A stretch of 64,000 nt of DNA from the human T2T-CHM13v2.0 reference genome, Homo sapiens, in NCBI RefSeq assembly GCF_009914755.1, contig NC_060929.1. One strand, written 5' to 3'. Position 1 is the first letter of the stretch. Each line of letters starts with the position of its first letter. Below are positions 11,178-25,683 of the stretch, piece by piece. The translations under genes were made by a program, and so were the position numbers. The notes beneath the pieces are model-generated. The model saw only the letters and a program-made list of their open reading frames with translations, searched no databases and was not told the origin of the DNA.

Positions 11178-13479
11178 TTATTCTATTTTAGAAGCTTGCC
11201 TGTATATAAAAAATTACTTATCTTACTAGGTTTCCATATACTCACCAACAATTGCCTATTAAAGACATTTATTTAACAATTTTTGAATTTCCAGACTTAC
11301 TTTTTCAATAATATTCCTCCTTCTCAAACATCTTTGATTTATATTAATGTCTAGTAATACTTTCATTCATTGCCCTCTAACAACCTGCCCTGCACTCTGC
11401 TAATGAGTTCTTTATGTAACTTATCTTACTTAATCTTGTTTCAGACAAAAGAAAGTGAAGCTCAGAAAGACTGAGCCAAAAGCATTCATAAATGGTAAAG
11501 CCAGCATCTGCATATAGGTCCTCTGCCTGCAAGCTCCACACTTGTTTTAACAATGCTACACCTGACAAAATAAGCATCTTGTCATTCCTAGGTGAAAGCT
11601 TATAGGTATGTTTTCTCCCTCAGATGCTATTTTGTAACTTCTAACATGTTTTTATTTTTATCTTGGTAAATTTTTCACCTAAGAAAATAAAATTAATACA
11701 GAAATTTTAAATATATCTATGTTTTAAAGGTAAAAACAAAGTTTATAAATTTTAACTTCATTTTTGTCATTTAAAAATTATTAATAATTCTTCAAAGTTT
11801 TACCACATGAGCATATTTAGGTATAAAGAGAAAATACTACTGGATAGCTGCTATTATATGTGCAAACTGTCAAAGAAAAATAAAATAAGCCATGTTAATA
11901 AATCCTTGTTAATAAGATTTACTGTTTAAAACATGTTTTTTTAATTTGACCTAGAAGAGACAAAAAGGCTACATGTGTAAGAATCTCTATTCAACAGAAC
12001 TATTTTATATTAGTATTTTCATTCACTTTAATTTTTACAAAAGAATACATATTTAATTTGCTTAATCTCAATTTTACAACATCTGATAATCAACATTTTT
12101 TTCTTTCAAAATGTTTTGGCCAATAAATCCTCTTATGCTAAATAATATGTTACTTTTTCTTCAATTCATTTCAGCTATTTCCAAACTATTAATCAAGTGA
12201 ACTCCTACTAATTGCTTAGTCAGTAGTATTTACATCTGTCATTATTTGCTAATCTTTTGGATTTTAGAAATATTTGTGTTTTTTCCTTTAGCAAAGTAGA
12301 ATGCAAATACTACACATCTTCTGATTTGTATAGATCCTAGTCCACGATGTAACTTTTCAAATGCAGAAATAAGCCATTTGTTATTTGGATAAATATACTT
12401 TTTCTGGGTATATTTTCCTGCAGATAAACTACCATTCAGAAAAGTTTATATTACATTTTTTTCTTGGTAATCTACTCCTATTTGGGGGGGGGGGCTCTTT
12501 TTGATATACACTACTGTATCCAATTACTATCAAATTAATATTATAACATGTTGAAATCATGAATATTTTAGTTATCTATATTTTCCCTTGCTAAGTTCAA
12601 TTTCCCAATGATTAAAAAATGGTACTTTTAGTCTCAAATTTTAAGTTAAATAAACTAGTTGTTCCTGCAAAATGACTGTAATTCAAATGAAAATTGTTAA
12701 CACGTTTAGAAGAACAAATAAATTACCTTAGTAAAAATTTAGACATTTTCTAGTATTATGTACTGTAATTTTACCTAAACTATGACAGGAAGGCAACAAC
12801 TGTCACACATTTTCAAAATATATACAGCACTTCCAGTAAGATAGTCGGAACTGCTGGTATTTCTACTCACACTGATCATGTGAGGAATATTATCACGGGC
12901 ATCATCACCTTAGAAAATAAAAATCAGCTAGCTATGCAAATTTTAAGTATTTTTATACAGTAAATTTTACATATAAGAATAATCTGAGGGAAGGAAACTG
13001 ATATTTATCTCATTACCCTTGTTGCAGTTGGGTATAAAAACGTCCACCACTCCCATTTTGAATCATTTGCCGTACAGAAAATACAGGACATTTTAATTTC
13101 TCATGATGGCAGGTTAGGGAGAGAAAGGCTTGTTATTTCTAAGAGCAAGAAACTACAGTTTTATAGGATTGAACACCTGGAGGCGTAAACATTTTATAAA
13201 TCACTGAATTCTAATTACATAGTAGTTTATACGCCAGATACAACATACGTCAAAAGCCTATCTTGTTCTAAGCGGGCAGCCATCCACCGGCGTCTACCTA
13301 CCGAAGCCATTTCTGCTTTTTACCAGCGACGCTGGAACAGTGTTATTGTGGGATATGTTCAGTGTTGAACAGGCTCCCAGGGCACGGCTGTTACTTTGGA
13401 GGTTATGCTGGGGTACAGAAGTTAGGCTGGGGCAGGGCCATCCACCTAGGAGGGCCCAGCACAGTCTGGGCAACCACAC

Positions 13480-14450
13480 CGGCGGGCCGTTTTGCTCACA
13501 GCCCCACCGCGCCGGGCAGCGTCTGCAGCTGCTGCGTGCGAGACCCAGAGGCTCCGGTCAGCGCGCCGGCCGCAGGGAGTGCGAGCACTTGTGAGCCCCG
13601 CGCCGGGCCGGTGAAGTCTGGTGCTGCCGAGCCCGCTTAGAAAGCACGGCCGCGCGCTGTCGGACGCAGGCCCACAGGCCCAGCCGACCCAGGCAGCAAT
13701 TTTCCTAGCCCCGCCGCCGTTGCCAAGGCGACCGCCGCCGAACGTTCCCGCGGCGGGCTCCGCCCCCCGGCCAATCGGACCGGCGCTCGGTGAAGCCCAG
13801 ATTCTCTTTGTTCCGCAGCCATTTCAGGCCCCGGACAGGAGGCAGTGCCGCTTCGGCCGAAGGCCCGAGCGCCCGAGGCGTCTGGGATGGTGTGGGACCG
13901 GGTAGGTGGCGTGAGGGTGCGCGGCCCCGAACTGCAGGGGCGGGAACGGAGGCTGGGAGCGCCGAGCTGCCTGACGCGCCTACGGGAGAGACGCCGGGCT
14001 CGCCCGCTCTCTCGGCGCCTGCCCGGCCGTTTGAAGCCGAGAGGCAGCGGCGGCGCGGTTCTAACCCCAACAGCTGCCCGCCCAGGCGCCCTGCGGGACC
14101 CGGGTAGGGAGCAGGCGACGGCGGCTCCTCAAGCGTCCGAGGATCCCGTTAGGGGCGGCAGGAGCCCGTTACAAGGGGCGGGAAGGGAAGGGTCTTACAT
14201 TCAGGGGAGCGTTTGCCTCGCCTGTTAAGCTGTGGCGTTTGAGGGCCCTTGAGTGCTGCAGTCGGCTGCCCCGGGACGGCTGCCTTTCACTGGTTCTGGG
14301 CGCTGGCCGGCGCTGCCCGAGATGGGCCAGTCTTTGTCCCGCCCTGGGCCCCTCTGCCCGGGTCTCCTGCGTCCGCACACAGCGCCCATCGTCCTTACAT
14401 GCAGCTTGCCGTTCTCTTCCTCCCGGCGGTTCTTTCTCCTTGGGGCCTCT
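13480..14450. promoter_or_regulatory. CpG island, upstream TNPO1 promoter
   Basis: High GC and CpG density; GC box CTCCGCCCC ~13758; CCAAT at 13771; pyrimidine-rich TCTCTTT at 13803-13809; GCCATTT (YY1-like) at ~13818; exon 1 inside. Confidence 0.92.
13887..13901 (+). CDS. TNPO1: Transportin-1 coding exon 1 (MVWDR), long isoform
   Basis: GGG-ATG-G Kozak context; ATG GTG TGG GAC CGG followed by donor GTAGGT at 13902; joins in phase 0 to QTKMEYEW at 45538, giving the known N-terminus [18 protein letters not shown]. Confidence 0.93.
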
Positions 14451-16162
14451 TGGCCTCACGACATGTTTACATAATGTTTGTGACTGTACGAGTTTTGCGT
14501 GGGCTTGTGGGTTTTGCCCTTCTACCTCCACTCCCATGCGTACAAGCAACAGGGAACAGCTGCTGAGGAGCAGACTGGCCACCACAATCAAGCTATTTTC
14601 GGAATGACTTTCTTTAAAAATGATCGCGTGTTGCTTACTGATTTTAAAAATCAACTGGATTTTGCAAGGATTGCTTAGAGTTTAAGTCTGTTATCTTAAT
14701 CGCTAATCAGGATGGTCTATCAGTAGATGTAAATGTAGAAATTTGAAATTGGAGGCTATCTACAAATTGATTTTGACAGCTGTATTAAGAAGCTTAATAA
14801 CTGTCCTTTGAAACAGTAATGACTTAAATGATGAATGTGTAAGTGGTACTTTTTTTACCCTAAAGAAAAGATACTTTTAAAATTGCAAGATGTATGGTGT
14901 AATAGGTGTTTGGAAATGAAGGTTGTAAAATGGCTGTCCTGACGTACTACTCACTTTTAGAATAACAAAAGTTCCTGCAGCTTTTTAAGTTTCCCTGTTA
15001 TATCAAAGCTTTCATGTTAGAGTGGTGAAGAAGCTATGTTTAGTGGAAAAGGGGAAAGTTCCGTTTTTTGGGAAAGGATCTGTTTTCCACTTTCACCTTA
15101 CCTGGCACCGTAGTTGTTCCTAGAGAAGGCTGTGCCAGGATGAAAATTAGCAACCACAAAAGGGAAACAATAGTTTGTAGGTGCAGATATCTTTTTTAGT
15201 CTCTAGCTATGCAGTGCATAAATTTATACTAGCTTGGCAGTACGATTTTTACTTCATGCAATTTAACGTGAGCCTAATGAAGTACTAGTGTTCTGTTTTC
15301 TTTTTCCTAAAAGGGGCCGCCACCCTTGATGTGGCTGCATCTTTCTCCTAGTCAGGAATTATTAAATTCCTCCCACTGAAATATCTATAAAAATCTTGTT
15401 TGCACTTCTACCTCAACTCTCAGTGGCTTTATTACCATTATATAATGTGAGCAGAATAAGATTTTTGTAAAAATACATGATTCTAGTTGTAAGCTTTTCC
15501 AATATCAACATTTCTTATTGTATTCATTGTTTTTATGACTGTAGTTTTGCTTATTTATAATTTTAAAGCCATTCCATGAACTCAGTTTTTCTAAATGTTG
15601 TAAATGAGCTACTACATTGAAATGTAAACATCTGTATTTAGAAGAATTTCTTGAATTTTAACCATGTTGGATTCTGCAAATGTTTTTTTAAGAAAAGAAA
15701 CCTGGTTATAAAGTGACGTCAAACCAAGTGACATAGGTAATGAAATAAATGAATTTATCAAATATAAACTGCAGAGAGGAGCACAGCAGTAAGTGGGGGA
15801 GTTCTTTTTATTGGCCAGGGTATAAATTGTGATATTTTTTCCTGAGATTGATATTTGAATACATATTGGTGCTAAAAAGATATCTTCCCCCCTCAAAACA
15901 GTTTGGTTTACCAGCAAAAGGATGAGAAAGCTGAGAGAATCAAAGAAACTGATGAGGTTTTCAAAAACAATGGCGAACAATGCCATCCTCAAAGAGGAAG
16001 GATCAGAAACAGTGAAATTCCCCTGGAGGTTGAGGATTTTTCTTAGTTGACCCTATTCAGCCATTGCCATGGTAAATCTGTTGAGTGTTGGCAGGTGAAG
16101 GAGTCTTCTGGGTTGTACAAGGGATGAGCTTCACAATGGAAGACAGATGTTTGCAAGAGTGG

Positions 16163-16490
16163 TGCCTTAATCCGTATTGTGTTGCTGTAAAAGAATACCT
16201 GAGACTGGGTCATTTATAAAGAGAAGAGGTTTATTATTTAGCTCACGGTTCTGCAGGCTGGGAAGTATAAGAAGCAAGGCGCCGCCATCTGGTCAGCTTG
16301 TTGTGCTGCATCATAACCTGCTAGAGAAGGTCAAAGGGGAAGCCACCCCAGGCAAAGAGGGGGAAATCTGAGGGAAGGGCCTGGCTTTCTAACAACTCAC
16401 CCTCAGGGAACTAAATCATGTCCACCAGATCATGATCAGATTTCAACATGAATTTTGATGGAGACAGACACACCATATTCAAACCACAGC
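16163..16490 (-). mobile_element. MaLR solo LTR (MST-like)
   Basis: gaatacctgagactgggtcatttataaagagaagagg...atttcaacatgaattttg...aaaccacagca. Confidence 0.8.
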
Positions 16491-16869
16491 AAGTGGTAAC
16501 TGATTTGTAGTTGTATGCGTGGATGTTAGTTAGGAGAGGTTTTCAAAAGCAAGTTTGATTGGGTTGCTTTGAAGGGTCCTTTGAAGTACTGTAAGTTGCT
16601 GTAGTAAGTAGGAATATTAGAGTTCTAGAGTCTGAATGGTCAAATGAGATATTGAAATGGGAAATAGGGAGGTGGATTTGTCCTGGAATTTTCTGGAGTA
16701 GATAGAATACATATAGGAATAGTGGCTACATCTTAATCCAAAAAGACACTCCATGCCAGAGCGAATATTACAACTCAGTACTGAAAAAAAGCTGATAACC
16801 GTGAGACCATAAAGTTGGGATTGATATATGCCTTTTTAATGGTTAAATTTTTAAAACAAAGCAAAACTT

Positions 16870-17060
16870 TTCAATGTAGTGTAGAGAACAGGCGCTTTGG
16901 AGCCACACTATTTGGATTCAGATTTTGGCACCTTCTGTAATTATCTGTGTGACCTTGGGCAAGTTATTTAATCTCACTTTTTCATCTTATGTTATGAGGA
17001 TTAAATGAGTTAATACACTAAGCTCTTAAAACTGGGCCTGACATGTATTAACTTTTCTAT
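16870..17060 (+). mobile_element. MIR SINE
   Basis: ctgtgtgaccttgggcaagttatttaatctc core; gaggattaaatgagttaatac. Confidence 0.8.
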
Positions 17061-19046
17061 AAATAATAACTGCTGTTATCATCAATGTCATTATCACTGT
17101 TAATTATTTCAGAAAACTATAGAAAACCATAAAATAAAAATTACAAATATCAGTACTACGTAGTAACTACTGTAAGCCCTTTTGCGCATTTCCTTCCAAT
17201 GTTTTTTTCTGAGTTTATTGGATTTTTTTCACAGTTGAGACTTTACTATGTGAGTAATTTTGTATTCTCACCATAAGCATTTTCTTATGCTACTTAATTA
17301 TTTTGTCACCATATTTAATGTTTGCATGTTTGTGTGGATTTCTCATTATTAAACAGTTTCTAATTTTTTTGCAGTTATAAGAAACACTGCAATGAACATC
17401 CTCATACAAAAATCAATTTCTGCATTCTGGATTATTTAGAGTCCCCAAAGCAAAAATACTGAGTCAAAGTAAACATCCAAAGCTCATGGTCCATACTGCA
17501 AATTGCTTTTACTTAAGGGAATTTAATAATGAACTTATTAATATAATAAATTGAGACTACACAGTATTGTTCCTGTTGCTTTGGGATTGGAGGAATAGAG
17601 AGTGGATTAACGTTTTCCTTGTAATGTACTAGACATCATTTGTAGGCATTTAACATACATTGTCACTTTCATGTACATTTTTCTCATTTATTATGTTGGC
17701 TCTGTGTTATACATGGAAGTTACTTCTATTTTACTGATGAGAAAACAAAGTGTAAATAGGTAAGTACTTTGTCCAAGGGCTCAGAGCGTTCGAGCCTGAA
17801 TCTGAATCTAGATCTGCTTGACTGCAAAGCTCATCATGCTGTTTTATTTGTATACTTTTATATCATATACATATTCAGAATTTTATACTATAACTAACTA
17901 TAGATCACAGACCACATTTTTAAGATAGCTAAACTGAGCTGGGAATAATGAATGGGTAAGTTGCAAAGTTAAACAAGACAGGGCTTAACTTTCCACATTT
18001 TAGAAAAAGAAAATCTTTACCTGGATGAGATATAATTGGTAACAACTATATAAAACCGGGTTCTAAAGTGAATGCACCAAATATCTGTGGGTGCAATTCT
18101 TAATGATCTTAACACAAATAGGTGAGAGAAAACCAAAGAAATCTCAAATTTGATTAAATTTGGGGAATAAGAGAAATGAAAAGGCCCGTAAGTGCTAAAA
18201 TTGAAATATACGTTTAGTAAAACTCCTGGTAAAGTAAATGAAGGTTTTACTGGGGAAACAAGCAAAAAAATATGTGTTTCACATAAGGAGAATAGAACTG
18301 CCTACAAGGTGTAGGAAGTTAAATTTATACTGAAAATTAGAGAAAAAAACATTCATATTTGAGTTGCATTTTATAGATGACTCCGAAGCCATTAGTAAAA
18401 TAATTTATTAGTGGAGCCCCTTTATCCTAGATGCATATGTTTCTACCACAAATGAAAAAGTTAATGCTAGGAAGGATAAGATTCCACCACTTTTGTTTTT
18501 ACTAAGAAAGGAATTAAGGAAGAGAAGTATTTCAGCAAATCATGAATATACTAAATAAATGCAAATAAATTATTAGGAATAGGTGGTATCCAACAAGATT
18601 TTAAAGATATGAATATAAAAGTACAGAACTATTGATTATTATGCTACCATTTGAAATTGTGTTTTTGAAAAATATTTAATGAAATTAAATATATATTTTG
18701 ACTGGAACATAGCAGAACTAGGAAATGATGAGAGAGCTAGCAAACCATGAAGGACTTTTGTGCCATTTATTAGTGCTGGGATTATCTCTTGTCGAGAGAT
18801 TTACATACTAGTGGAGAAAGAGATATGTAAATAAACAAGTTCAATAAGTGTATTTACAGCTTTTGTGATATAAATCTGTAAAAACACCAAGAAAGGCCAG
18901 TAATAGATTCGTTGAATAGATTAGGGGGAATGTCTGGAGCATTTTGGGAACTAGGAACAGCATTTCAGTGAGTGTGTCAGTAAACATAAAGATCTGCTGT
19001 GTTCTTGGAACTCTTAAGCGGTTCAGGGGCCCTGAAAGGTATATAG

Positions 19047-19190
19047 CAGGGGTCCACAAACTTTCTGTAAAGGGCCAGGTAGCAAATATTTTCTGCTTTG
19101 TGGGCCATACCATCTCTACCACTGTAGTGCAAAAACAGTTATGAAACCAATGGTATGGCCAGATTTGACTAAGGTCTTAATTAGACAAAC
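19047..19190 (+). mobile_element. MER58-like hAT DNA transposon remnant
   Basis: caggggtccacaaactttctgtaaagggccaggtagcaaatatttt. Confidence 0.7.
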
Positions 19191-19677
19191 TCTAATATAT
19201 AGTAGAGAGGGATGTTGAAGAGAGAGAACCTACTGAGCCTTATGTCACCCTATCATGAGCCATTGAAAGATATGAAACGAATCTAGAAGATTGATTTGTA
19301 TGAATCATTAAGAGCAGAATAAAATAGATTTTTAAAGCACTCTACATCGATTTAAAAGGGAAAACAACTCAGTTTTTTAAGTGGGCAAGTTCCACAGAAG
19401 AGGAAATATGGCTAGCAGGTAAACATGGAATAATGATTTACCTCACCAGCAGAAAAATGCAAAGTAAAGCAGTGACTTTTTTTTTTTTTCTCATTATACT
19501 GGCCAAAGAGAAAAAAGTTTTGTTAGTATGTATTGAGAAGGTTGTAGGGATAACATTGAATATATCGGTACGGCTATTTTAAAGTAAAAATATCTTTGAC
19601 CCAGCAGTTTCCATTTCTTAGAGAAACACGTGAGTATATCAGGAGTCATGTGTGCTAGGATTAGTCCTTGTTAGTAA

Positions 19678-20226
<549 letters not shown>

Positions 20227-22441
20227 TAGATGTTGCTTTCACTTTCTTGCTGTAATGGAAACCGGACTCTCTTCCACTGTGCAGTTGTGGCTGTTTTTGT
20301 TTGTTTGCTCCGTAACTTTCCTCCCACTGTTTCTAGAGGTGGGAAAGATATCTGTCATGAGTCTTCTTACTTCTTTCAGACTATGCTTCCTCCTTTCTCC
20401 CTATAATCTTCAGTTTTGAATTATGTCATAAAGGCCCACTGTCCCACTCTCCAGTCTTTATATTGAAATTGATAAGAATGTACATAACTGATCCACCCAA
20501 ACCCTGGCCTCTCACTTCCTAGACCTCTCTTCCAGTGCTCTTCCCATCTATGCTATATCAGCCACTCATTCCACAGTGATACCCTCGTGCACTGTCAATA
20601 ACTGCAGTCCCTCCATAGTTGCCATTTCATGTGTTCTGCTCTGTTACCGCTTCTTCCTATTTTTGCAGCTCACTCCTAGTGCCTCAGCCCTAACCATCTT
20701 CTGACCCCAATGGAATCTCCAACCCATTGATCCTATTACTGCTCCCCTGCCCCTTACCCTCTTGATGTTTTCACTCCCTTTTATGTGGAATTTACTCATC
20801 TAAATTTCATGATTAATCAGTTTAATTACTTCTTTGGATCCCTTTCCTTGCTCTTTGCTTGTTTGGCAAAACCAGAGCTCTAGTTAAAACAAACTCTGGG
20901 GTTTTTTTTGCACTTGCCCCTATGTAACTGAGCATGGCCAGAAAAAAAACCACACAACCACACATGGCCACAAACCTTAAGTGGGTCTGTAATGCTGCCT
21001 GATGGTTGTACTGTATTTTCCTAGTCTGCTTACTCTTCCACTCCTCTAAATGACTATTTCATATCTTATTTTCCCCAAACCTTCTATATCTCTTTTCCCA
21101 TCCTCACCTTCAGCTCATGACCTTGCTTCCCACTTTGCTGAGAAAATTGAAGTAATCAGAACTTCCATAGATTGCCACCACTCCACATACCTCTGGCACT
21201 CTATTTATGAAAGGGTCTGCGCAGCATCTGCTCAGTACATGGCTGTCTTCCTGCCTGTTACCTTAGATTAACTGTTCATATTCTTGTCTGCCTTTGTACT
21301 AGGCCCCATTCTCTCTCATCTGCTCAAGGACTTTGCTTCAGGTTCTCTTCTTCCACATCATCAATTTTGTTCTTTTTATTGAATCATTTCTATCAGCAAA
21401 CAGATATGCTATTATTTCTCCCCTCTTAGGAAAAAATCTTGTCCCACTTCACCACATTACCCCAATTTTTTGTTTCCTTTGGGAGCAGTATTTCTCAAAA
21501 TAGTTGTCTGTACTTGCTATTGCCAAGTTCTCTCCTCTAGTACTCTGTTAAACCCACTCTAGTGAGGTCTTTGTCTGCACCACTCCCACAGAAACAGCTC
21601 CTCTGGTTCTTCAGTAGCCCCCATATTGTTAAATGCCCTGTGTTATTGATTCTCATCCTATGTGACCTGTCAGCAGCATTTGACACAGCTGTTTGCTTCC
21701 CTTAGCCTTGAAACCATTTCTTCTTTGCCTTCGAGGACGTCACACGTTCCTGGTTATCTGCTGTCTCAGTGCTGGTCCTTGTAATTCTCCTTTTCCTTTA
21801 TTTTCACTGACCTCTTAATGTTGGAGAGCCCCAAGTCTTAATTGTTTGTTTATTTGTTTCTATCTATGCTCACTTTATTGGTAATCTCATTTAGTCTCAT
21901 GGCTTGAAATACCATGTAAATATCAACAATACCCAAATTTAGATCTTTAGCCCCCTCCTCAATTCCAGTCTTACATGTGCAACTACCTATTCAACATCTC
22001 CCCTAAATGTTTAATAATAGACATCAAAGTCAGCATATCCAAAACTAAACTCCTAAACTTTCTCCCCAATGCCTGCTTTACCCACAGACTCTCCCATTTC
22101 TGTCAGTGGCAACTCCGTCCTCCTGTAGCTCAGACCAAAATCTTGGCCTTATTTTTTTACTTCACTTTTTCTTTTACTCTTCAGATCTGTTCTTTCAGGA
22201 CAATCTGTTTTCTGTATCGTCAAAATACATCGAAAATCCTATCATGCCTCACTGCTTCCTCCACTGCCACCACCCTTGTCCAAGCCACTACCATCACATC
22301 TTGTTGGATTACTGAAATAGGTTACTACCTGGTCTGCCCCTTCTGCCCTATCCCCTTCCAACAGTATTTTCTCAATACAGTAGCCAGAATAAACCTTTCG
22401 CAAATTAAGACAGTCCCTGTCACTTCTCCTGCAATGGCTCC

Positions 22442-23051
<610 letters not shown>

Positions 23052-23421
23052 TTCCCTTTCATTCACTCAGAGAAAAGCTGGTCCTGTGAGGCTCTACATG
23101 ATCTGCCCAATCCACTCCACTTTCTCCTTACCTTCCTGACCTCATTTACTGTTACCACTGTTCTCCCCTTACTCACTGGCCTGCTTGCTATGTCTGTCCT
23201 GTTCCTACTTTAGGACTCTTGCTGGCTCCACTCTCTGAAATGTACTTCTTCCACATATCTGCTTGGCTCAATGGACTTACCTCCCAGTCTTTGCTCAGAT
23301 CTTACCATCTATGAATACCCTGTTTAATACTATATTCTATCCTGCCCTTCCCCACCCACTCTTATCCTGGACTCCTTTTTATTTTTTGCATAGCACATAC
23401 AACCTTCTAACATACTATATT

Positions 23422-23600
23422 AGGGGTCAGCAAGCCACAGCTCCATGAGCTTCTGCCCTGTTTTTGTACATCCTATAAGCAAAAGAATGGTTTTTACATT
23501 TTTAAACGGTTATGAAACAAAGCAAAAAATACGTGACATATATATGTGGCCTGCAAAGCCTAAAATATTTACTCTCTGTCCCTTTTCAAAAAAAGTTTAC
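23422..23600 (+). mobile_element. MER58B-like DNA transposon remnant
   Basis: aggggtcagcaa...aagaatggtttttacatttttaaa...tgtggcctgcaaagcctaaaatatttact. Confidence 0.7.
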
Positions 23601-24109
23601 ACTATGTATTTTATTCTGTTTATTGTCCTCCTCCTCCTGCAAGAATACAAGCTCCAAGAGGGCAAGATCTTTGTTTTATTTTTTGCTGTATCTGCAAGAT
23701 ACAGATACAGAGCCTAGAATGTAGTAGACACTTAGTAAGTATTTGTTAAATGAATTGTTCGTGATGGTGCAAAATGGTAATTATGTTAAATGTTCACCAA
23801 TAGACCTATATATCACAATGAGTAACAAAATCTGTATAATGACTAGGAAAGTTAAGGCGTATTTTGAAGTTTGTTACAGAACAGGCCTAAAACACTTTTT
23901 GTTTCTACAGATACCTGTGTATTTAATTCCATAGAGAAGAACGCTACAAGGATACATAACCAAATGCATACTAAAGTACTTCTGGGGAGGGGACCGAGAT
24001 TAAGAGAGATAGTTGAAAGGAGCTTGAATTTCATATGTATTGTTTGCTTTTCTTTTTTTTAGCAATGAGAAACAGTCACATGTTAATGTTTTACATTAAG
24101 TTTTTTTAA

Positions 24110-25480
24110 TGAAGAGATGAGAAAAAACAAATACATATTAAGAAAATAAAGCAGTGAGAGGAAATGGAGAGTAAAGGGTAGGGTAGAGAGAAAAGGAAGA
24201 GGACATTGCCTTTCTTAAATGTCGTATTTGGCCAGCAGTCAATCTGAAAGAGGGGAAGGAGTGAGCAATGTGAATATGGGGGAAAGAGCATGCAAAAGTA
24301 AAGGCCCTTAGGTGGGAACAAACTTAGCATGATCTGGGCACTGTAAGAAAACCAGTGTGATGAACATAGTGAAAAAGGGGACAGAGACTACTAGGTGATA
24401 AGTTCAGAGAGATGGGCAGGCACCCATGTTAGGTACAGCTTTGCAGGCTGTGATGAGGATATAAGATCTGTGTGATAGGAAACCACTGGAAGATTTTGAT
24501 GGGGGGAATACATGATTTAATTACAGATTTAATAATTACAGATCATTTTTGCTGCTTTGTCTCAGACAATGGGTTATAAGGGAACAAAAGAGGAGGCAAG
24601 CAAATCTGCCTAAACCATGGACTAGGGTAGACAGCAGAGGGGGTGAGAAGTGGTCAATTCAGAGTATATTTTGATGGTGTATTTTAAGAGTCTTGGCTGA
24701 TGGTTAGGATTTGGGATATGAAGGAAATCAAGGGAAATAAGGATCATTGCTTCTGATCTCCATAATTGGCCTGAACAACTGAGTGAAAACTAGTAGTATT
24801 TAGTGGTATTAGGCAACTGGAGGAGGAGATTGGAATGGGTTGGAGAAGGGAATCAAGAGTTTTGTTTCAAGCCTGGGCAGCATAGGGAGACCCTGTCTCC
24901 ACAAAAAAATTTTTTTTTTAAATTAGCTGGGCATGGTGGCATGTGCCTATAGTCCCAGCTACTCAGGATGCTGAGGTGAGAGGATTACTTGAGGCTGGGA
25001 GGTCAAGGTTGCAGTGATCTGTGGTCATGCCACTGCACTCCAGGCTGGGCAACAGAGGGAGATCCTGCCAAAAAAAAAAAAAAAGAGTTTTCTTTCAACC
25101 AGCAAAGTTTGAGATGCCCATTTGACAAACAAGCAGATATGTCTTGTCAGACGTTGGATACTTGAATCTGGAATTCAGGGTGCTTTTAATGTTGCAGACT
25201 GATGAGATTATATAGATAGTGAATAGAAGGGGGTCTAGGATATTGAGGGGAGCCAGCGAAGGAGACAAAGAGCAGCCAGTGAGATACGAGGAGAACCAGT
25301 GAGATGTGGTGCCATAAGAGGTGAAACAGTGGTCACCTGCATTGAGCACTGTGAAGAAATTAAGATGAGGCCAAGAAGAAGTTGTTGGGTTTGGCACCAT
25401 GGAAATCTCTCAGTGGAGTGGAGTACAATGGGAGACAGTGACTATTTACAACTTTCAAGATGTTTCTGTGAATGGTGGGT
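24110..25480 (-). mobile_element. L2 remnant with nested truncated AluJ (+, ~24866-25084)
   Basis: Purine-rich L2 antisense motifs (gcaaaagtaaaggccct, gaaaccactggaagattttg, tttgagatgccc). Confidence 0.7.
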
Positions 25481-25664
25481 AGTGGAGAAATTTAGTTGTG
25501 GGGGATGAACGGAGTCTAAGCTGGTTTTTAAAGATATTATTTTAAATTAATTTTGAACTATAGAAAAGTAGTACAAATAATTCAGAAAACTCCCATATTT
25601 ACTTTACATGGATTCACCAATTTTTAACATTTTGCTACATTTGTTTGCTTCTCTCGCTGTCTCT

Positions 25665-25683
25665 ACACACACATACACACACA
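25665..25683. repeat. Short interrupted (CA)n tract within an old L1M-like fragment
   Basis: acacacacatacacacaca. Confidence 0.8.

Noticed and set aside
12484-12494. G11 homopolymer in AT-rich DNA
   Set aside because: Isolated mononucleotide run with no supporting context.
13294-14654. Many overlapping Pro/Arg/Gly/Ala-rich ORFs on both strands
   Set aside because: Expected from stop-codon scarcity in a CpG island; only MVWDR is supported by splice signals and protein identity.
17900-18700. Possible CR1/L3 remnant
   Set aside because: Only a vague resemblance; cannot be supported without a profile search.
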